31,027 nucleotides of DNA from Thermoproteota archaeon. GTDB taxonomy: Archaea > Korarchaeota > JAOZGF01 > JAOZFZ01. The translations under genes were made by a program, and so were the position numbers. The stretch is from NCBI GenBank assembly GCA_027492035.1, contig JAOZFT010000003.1, forward strand, positions 1 to 31,027, written 5' to 3'. How positions within the stretch are numbered: position 1 is the first letter of the stretch; the number at the start of each line of letters is the position of its first letter. Under the pieces are notes generated by a model that was given only the letters and a program-made list of their open reading frames with translations, made no database searches and was not told where the DNA came from. This document shows, piece by piece, positions 27,164 through 31,027 of the stretch.

Positions 27164-28384
27164 TCAGCCACCAAGAAAGGTTTCTATTTTCTTTTTAACC
27201 CGTAATAAATTGTTTCTAGCTTCTCTCCTTCCTTCACCGTAACCTGTAATTAAAACATAGTTACTTTTCTCTCCCTCAAATAAAGGCATCGGAGGGACTT
27301 CCACCCCCTCTAATCTACTTTTCAATATCTCATTTGAAAAATTGTATGGTACCTTAAGCTTAAGGAAGTAGGTGAAACCATGTGTCTCAATTTTCATCGG
27401 CAATTTCTTTTTTAGGACAGCATCCATGATTAAACGGGGAGTATTTGCGTCTAAAACCTTGCTTACACCCACATAAGAAGTTGTTAGTCTAGGATTTATT
27501 TCCACAATGAATGAAGCATCTTTTGTTAAAACTAAATCAACACCTACGTATCCCCTTAATCCCTTAAAGAGTTTAATTGTTTTCGAAACATTTTCTAAAG
27601 CCTCTTTTTGTGAATTCACATGTAAAGGGGTTAAGCCTCCCTTGTAAATTGAAGAACTATTAGGCCCCCCTAAATTTAGAAACTGATAGTTAAGGGTTAG
27701 AGGAATAATTTTTGAACCGTTAGAAATTAAACTAACACTTGCATTTATTCCCTTAATGAATTCTTGGACAACTACCCCCTTCTTATAAATTTCCTCCTTT
27801 TTAAGCTTCTTTAAAGCAAGCTTTATTTGAGATTTACTTTTTACGACTTGGATTCCAGAACAACCAACCCCTTCCACAGGTTTAAGAACAAGGGGTAAAT
27901 TGAATTCCTTCAAAACTTTCATTGCTTCAAGAGTGTCAGATGGGTTCTTAATGAATTCAGTGAATGGAGTATTTACCTTCCCTCTTCTAATTTTCCTGTA
28001 AAAATTCATTTTGTTCCTTACATTTTTTATAGCTTCAACTGAACAGTTTAAGGAAAGACAATTATCTGTAAGTAAAGACACTTTCTCCTCAAGTACGCCT
28101 GAACTTTCAGGGGCAATAATGTATGAAGCATAGAAATCATGTGTTTCAACAAGTTCTTTAAGTGAGAGACCCTGCGAAGAGACAACTTCTACATTCCCAA
28201 CTTCTTTTAAAACTTTAAATTTTATAAGGGAAGGGGAGAGAACAGTTGTAACTTGATAACCTGCTTTGACGAAGTCTTTCAGCAAAGTTTTTAACATGGC
28301 TAAACCTTCACATAAAATGCTTGAGGTAACTGTTTTGTTAATTGAGGCGTAAGCTGAAGCAAACTCGAAAACAAAAACTTTCAT
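27164..28384 (-). CDS. mfnD: ATP-grasp tyramine--L-glutamate ligase MfnD-like
   Basis: MKVFVFEFAS...ILCEGLAML, IIAPE.G.L, LKPVEGVGC, QEFIKGINASVS, YKGG.TP, GLRGYVGVD and EINPRLTTSYVG, within an mfn cluster. Confidence 0.85.
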   Translation of the reverse strand: MKVFVFEFASAYASINKTVTSSILCEGLAMLKTLLKDFVKAGYQVTTVLSPSLIKFKVLKEVGNVEVVSSQGLSLKELVETHDFYASYIIAPESSGVLEEKVSLLTDNCLSLNCSVEAIKNVRNKMNFYRKIRRGKVNTPFTEFIKNPSDTLEAMKVLKEFNLPLVLKPVEGVGCSGIQVVKSKSQIKLALKKLKKEEIYKKGVVVQEFIKGINASVSLISNGSKIIPLTLNYQFLNLGGPNSSSIYKGGLTPLHVNSQKEALENVSKTIKLFKGLRGYVGVDLVLTKDASFIVEINPRLTTSYVGVSKVLDANTPRLIMDAVLKKKLPMKIETHGFTYFLKLKVPYNFSNEILKSRLEGVEVPPMPLFEGEKSNYVLITGYGEGRREARNNLLRVKKKIETFLGG

Positions 28385-28421
28385 CTTACCAAGTTGCCTC
28401 CTATGAAAGGGTGTTTTTTAA

Positions 28422-29201
28422 ATGGAAATTATCCCTGTAATAGATATTTTAAATGGAGTAGTTGTCCACGCAAAAAAGGGGGAAAGAGAGAAATATAAAC
28501 CTTTAAAAAGCGTTATTTGTGGGAACAACAACCCCTTGACTGTTGCACAAGCTTTCCAAGAAATTTTCAGGTTTAGGAAACTCTATATTGCAGATTTAGA
28601 CGCTATCATAAAGGGAGAAATCAATTATAAAACCTACAAAAAAATAGTTTCCGAAACCTCTTTCCAAACAATTATGGTTGATGCTGGAGTTAATAAGGTG
28701 GAGAAAGCAAATAAACTATTGGAAACAGGTGTTTCTAAAGTAATAATTGGAACTGAAACTTTGAAAAATATAAAGGATCTAGAAAAAATTTTAGGAGTAA
28801 TTGGAAAAGAAAGGGTAATTTTAAGCATTGATTTAATGAGGAATAAAGTGGTTTCAGGTTGCAAAGCTTGGAAAGAGAAGAACCCTTTAGAAATTTCTTA
28901 CCAGATTGAAGAGTTAGGTGTTGAAAAAGTAATACTTCTAGAGCTCTCAAAGGTTGGAAGTGAAGAAGGGGTACCCTACCAACCCATAAAGGAATTTGTT
29001 GAAAACACAAGTTTTAAAGTGTTAACGGGAGGGGGAGTAAGGGATCTTGAAGACCTAAAGAAACTGGAGGAAATAGGTGTTGAAGGAGTTTTAATAGCTA
29101 CAGCAATTCATAAAGGAACGTTAAAGCCTGCTGACTTCCTTAAACTGAAAACTTTCCAAGTCAAAAAAATGAACAGTGAAAGAGAACTTCCTCACCTTTA
29201 A
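28422..29201 (+). CDS. HisA/HisF-like TIM-barrel protein of the MFR/H4MPT-linked type (Orf17-like)
   Basis: IIPVIDILNGVVVHAKKGEREKYKP, LYIADLDAI, DAG, IIGTETL, LS.VGS..G, GGGVRD.EDL and ATAIHKG. The VVHA..GER..Y.P and YIADLDAI motifs mark the C1-linked HisA paralog rather than true HisA. Confidence 0.82.
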   Translation: MEIIPVIDILNGVVVHAKKGEREKYKPLKSVICGNNNPLTVAQAFQEIFRFRKLYIADLDAIIKGEINYKTYKKIVSETSFQTIMVDAGVNKVEKANKLLETGVSKVIIGTETLKNIKDLEKILGVIGKERVILSIDLMRNKVVSGCKAWKEKNPLEISYQIEELGVEKVILLELSKVGSEEGVPYQPIKEFVENTSFKVLTGGGVRDLEDLKKLEEIGVEGVLIATAIHKGTLKPADFLKLKTFQVKKMNSERELPHL

Positions 29202-29267
29202 AAAGACAAATTAGCAGTTTTATTAAAACTATTTTAAACTTTCTTTCTTAAAAAAAGGTGGGGGATC

Positions 29268-31027
29268 ATGGAAGATCTAGGATATCTGAGGCGTAAACTT
29301 AGTAAGAGAAGTTTTCGGAAGATTGCCCAAATTAATAACCGAACTCTGCATGATTTTGTAGCAGAATATGTCAAGCTTTGTAACCCAAACAAAATCTATG
29401 TTTGCTCCGACTCAGAAGAAGATGAGAAATATGTAAGAAGGAGAGCTATTGAAAATGGGGAAGAAAAACCTTTAACTACACCTGGCCACACTGTGCATTT
29501 CGACAACTATTACGACCAAGCGAGAGATAAAATGAACACAAAAATTTTGGTTCCTGAAGGGGTTAAATTGCCCTTTATTAACACGTTAGAAAGAAGGAAA
29601 GGACTGGAAGAAATAAAGGAACTTATGAGGGACATCATGAAGGATAAAGAACTTTTTATTTGTTTCTTTACACTTGGGCCTCAAGACTCTCCCTTCACAA
29701 TCCCTGCTGTTCAATTGACAGATTCAGCTTACGTTGCCCATAACGACTTTCTTCTTTACAGGAAAGGATATGAGGAATTTAAAAAACTTGGAGAGGAAGC
29801 TGATTTTTTAAAGTTTATCCATTCAGCAGGGGAACTAGATGAAAGGAAAACAAGCAAAAACCTTAGCAAAAGAAGAATCTACATAGATTTAGAAAATAGA
29901 ATAGCCTACTCGATAAATACCCAATATGGCGGAAACACCATTGGTTTAAAGAAGTTAGCTTTCAGATTAACAATTAATAAGGCTGTTCAGGAAATCTGGC
30001 TTTCAGAACACATGTTTCTTATGGGAGTTAACGGAAGAAATGGTAGAGTGAGTTATTTCGCTGGAGCTTACCCCTCAATGTGCGGCAAGACATCAACTTG
30101 TATGTTACCCCATGAAAGATTGGTAGGTGACGATTTATCATTTATAAAAGATGTAAATGGGGAAGCTCGTGCAGTAAATGTAGAATATGGCGTTTTTGGC
30201 ATAATTGAAGGGGTAAATAAGAAAGATGACCCAATAATTTGGGAAGTATTGCATTCACCAGGTGAAATAATTTTTTCAAATCTCCTCGTCAAAAACGGGA
30301 AACCTTACTGGAACAACATGGGTGAAGAAATCCCGGAGGAAGGGGAGAATCATTCAGGTAAATGGTGGAAAGGCAAAAAGGATAAGGAAGGAAAAGAAAT
30401 TCCTCCCTCACATAAAAACGCTAGATTCGCTACAAGACTTAAAATGTTTAAAAACCTTGACAAAGAAGCCTTAGATGCAAAGAAAGGTGTGAAATTGAAT
30501 GGGATAATATTCGGTGGAAGGGATAGTGACACATGGGTTCCGGTTTGTGAATCCTTTAACTGGATCCATGGGGTTATCACTAAAGGGGCGTCTTTGGAGT
30601 CAGAAACAACAGCAGCTACACTTGGAAAGGAAGGAGTTAGACAATTTAACCCCATGGCTATCCTAGACTTCCTGTCTGTTTCTATAGGGAAATACATTGA
30701 AAACTACCTTAAATTCGGTGAAAAATTGCCGAAGCCACCGAAAATTTTCGCTGTAAATTACTTTTTAAAAGATGAAAACGGTAAATTTCTGAATGAAAAA
30801 CTTGATAAGTCCGTATGGCTTAAATGGATGGAACTTAGAGTCCATAACGAAGTTGACACTGTAAAAACCCCAATAGGTTACCTTCCTAAATATGAAGACT
30901 TGAAATCCTTGTTTAAAGAAGTGTTGAATAAAAACTACTCAACTGATGCATATGTTAAACAATTCACGATCAGAGTTCCTGAACTTTTAGCAAAAAATAA
31001 AAGAATAAAGGAGATTTACGGCAAACT
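29268..31027 (+). CDS. pckG: Phosphoenolpyruvate carboxykinase (GTP), truncated by the window end
   Basis: Translated by hand from ATG 29268 (SD AAGGTGGGGG): MEDLGYLRRK...LCNP.KIYVC...HTVHFDNYYDQARDK...QLTDSAYV...NTQYGGNTIGLKK...WLSEHM...GAYPSMCGKTS...VGDD...HKNARF...IIFGGRD...FNPMA. It is absent from the ORF track because no stop lies within the window. Confidence 0.95.
   Translation, partial: MEDLGYLRRKLSKRSFRKIAQINNRTLHDFVAEYVKLCNPNKIYVCSDSEEDEKYVRRRAIENGEEKPLTTPGHTVHFDNYYDQARDKMNTKILVPEGVKLPFINTLERRKGLEEIKELMRDIMKDKELFICFFTLGPQDSPFTIPAVQLTDSAYVAHNDFLLYRKGYEEFKKLGEEADFLKFIHSAGELDERKTSKNLSKRRIYIDLENRIAYSINTQYGGNTIGLKKLAFRLTINKAVQEIWLSEHMFLMGVNGRNGRVSYFAGAYPSMCGKTSTCMLPHERLVGDDLSFIKDVNGEARAVNVEYGVFGIIEGVNKKDDPIIWEVLHSPGEIIFSNLLVKNGKPYWNNMGEEIPEEGENHSGKWWKGKKDKEGKEIPPSHKNARFATRLKMFKNLDKEALDAKKGVKLNGIIFGGRDSDTWVPVCESFNWIHGVITKGASLESETTAATLGKEGVRQFNPMAILDFLSVSIGKYIENYLKFGEKLPKPPKIFAVNYFLKDENGKFLNEKLDKSVWLKWMELRVHNEVDTVKTPIGYLPKYEDLKSLFKEVLNKNYSTDAYVKQFTIRVPELLAKNKRIKEIYGK

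Noticed and set aside
28422-29201. True hisA of histidine biosynthesis
   Set aside because: It lacks the typical HisA V.L..G and LHVVDLD pattern, no his genes are adjacent, and the motifs match the C1-linked paralog.
700-30697. Short alternative-frame and antisense ORFs in the track (e.g. 700-963, 772-1083, 4459-4746, 7294-7965, 11609-11941, 20985-21368, 26501-26809, 30068-30292, 30350-30697)
   Set aside because: All overlap well-supported genes, have Ser/Phe/Pro-rich shadow composition and show no recognisable motifs.
1-31027. CRISPR arrays, tRNA/rRNA genes and IS elements
   Set aside because: By eye there are no regularly spaced repeats, GC-rich structured RNA segments or transposase ORFs. 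Small ncRNAs such as C/D box guides cannot be excluded without a covariance search.

Overview
AT-rich, gene-dense archaeal chromosomal window. The long-form Trm112, PolB3-like polymerase and methanofuran genes suggest an anaerobic TACK-type archaeon such as Bathyarchaeia, but this is inference only. In order it carries: a CstA-family transporter; a FadF/EMO-like membrane Fe-S/CCG oxidoreductase with etfB and etfA; DUF401 and DUF364 genes; a TauE-DUF1634 pair, a DUF3467 gene and a lipoprotein; a two-subunit class I fumarate hydratase/tartrate dehydratase; a family B DNA polymerase; a multi-pass membrane protein ending in a Zc3h12a/NYN-type RNase domain; Trm112; a three-subunit xanthine-dehydrogenase-family molybdoenzyme with an Lrp/AsnC regulator; a modular cell-surface protein; a methanofuran cluster (mfnA, mfnB, mfnF, mfnD and a HisA-like gene); and a GTP-dependent PEP carboxykinase that runs off the right edge and is missing from the supplied ORF track. 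I saw no rRNA, tRNA, CRISPR array or intact mobile element. The best novelty candidates are (1) a PolB with intact polymerase motifs and a PIP-like tail but degenerate ExoI/II/III and uracil-pocket motifs, (2) the adjacent membrane-anchored coiled-coil Regnase-like RNase, and (3) an ETF with bifurcating-type motifs paired with a membrane heme-b/Fe-S/CCG protein instead of FixCX or an acyl-CoA dehydrogenase. All family calls come from motif recognition by eye, not from database searches.
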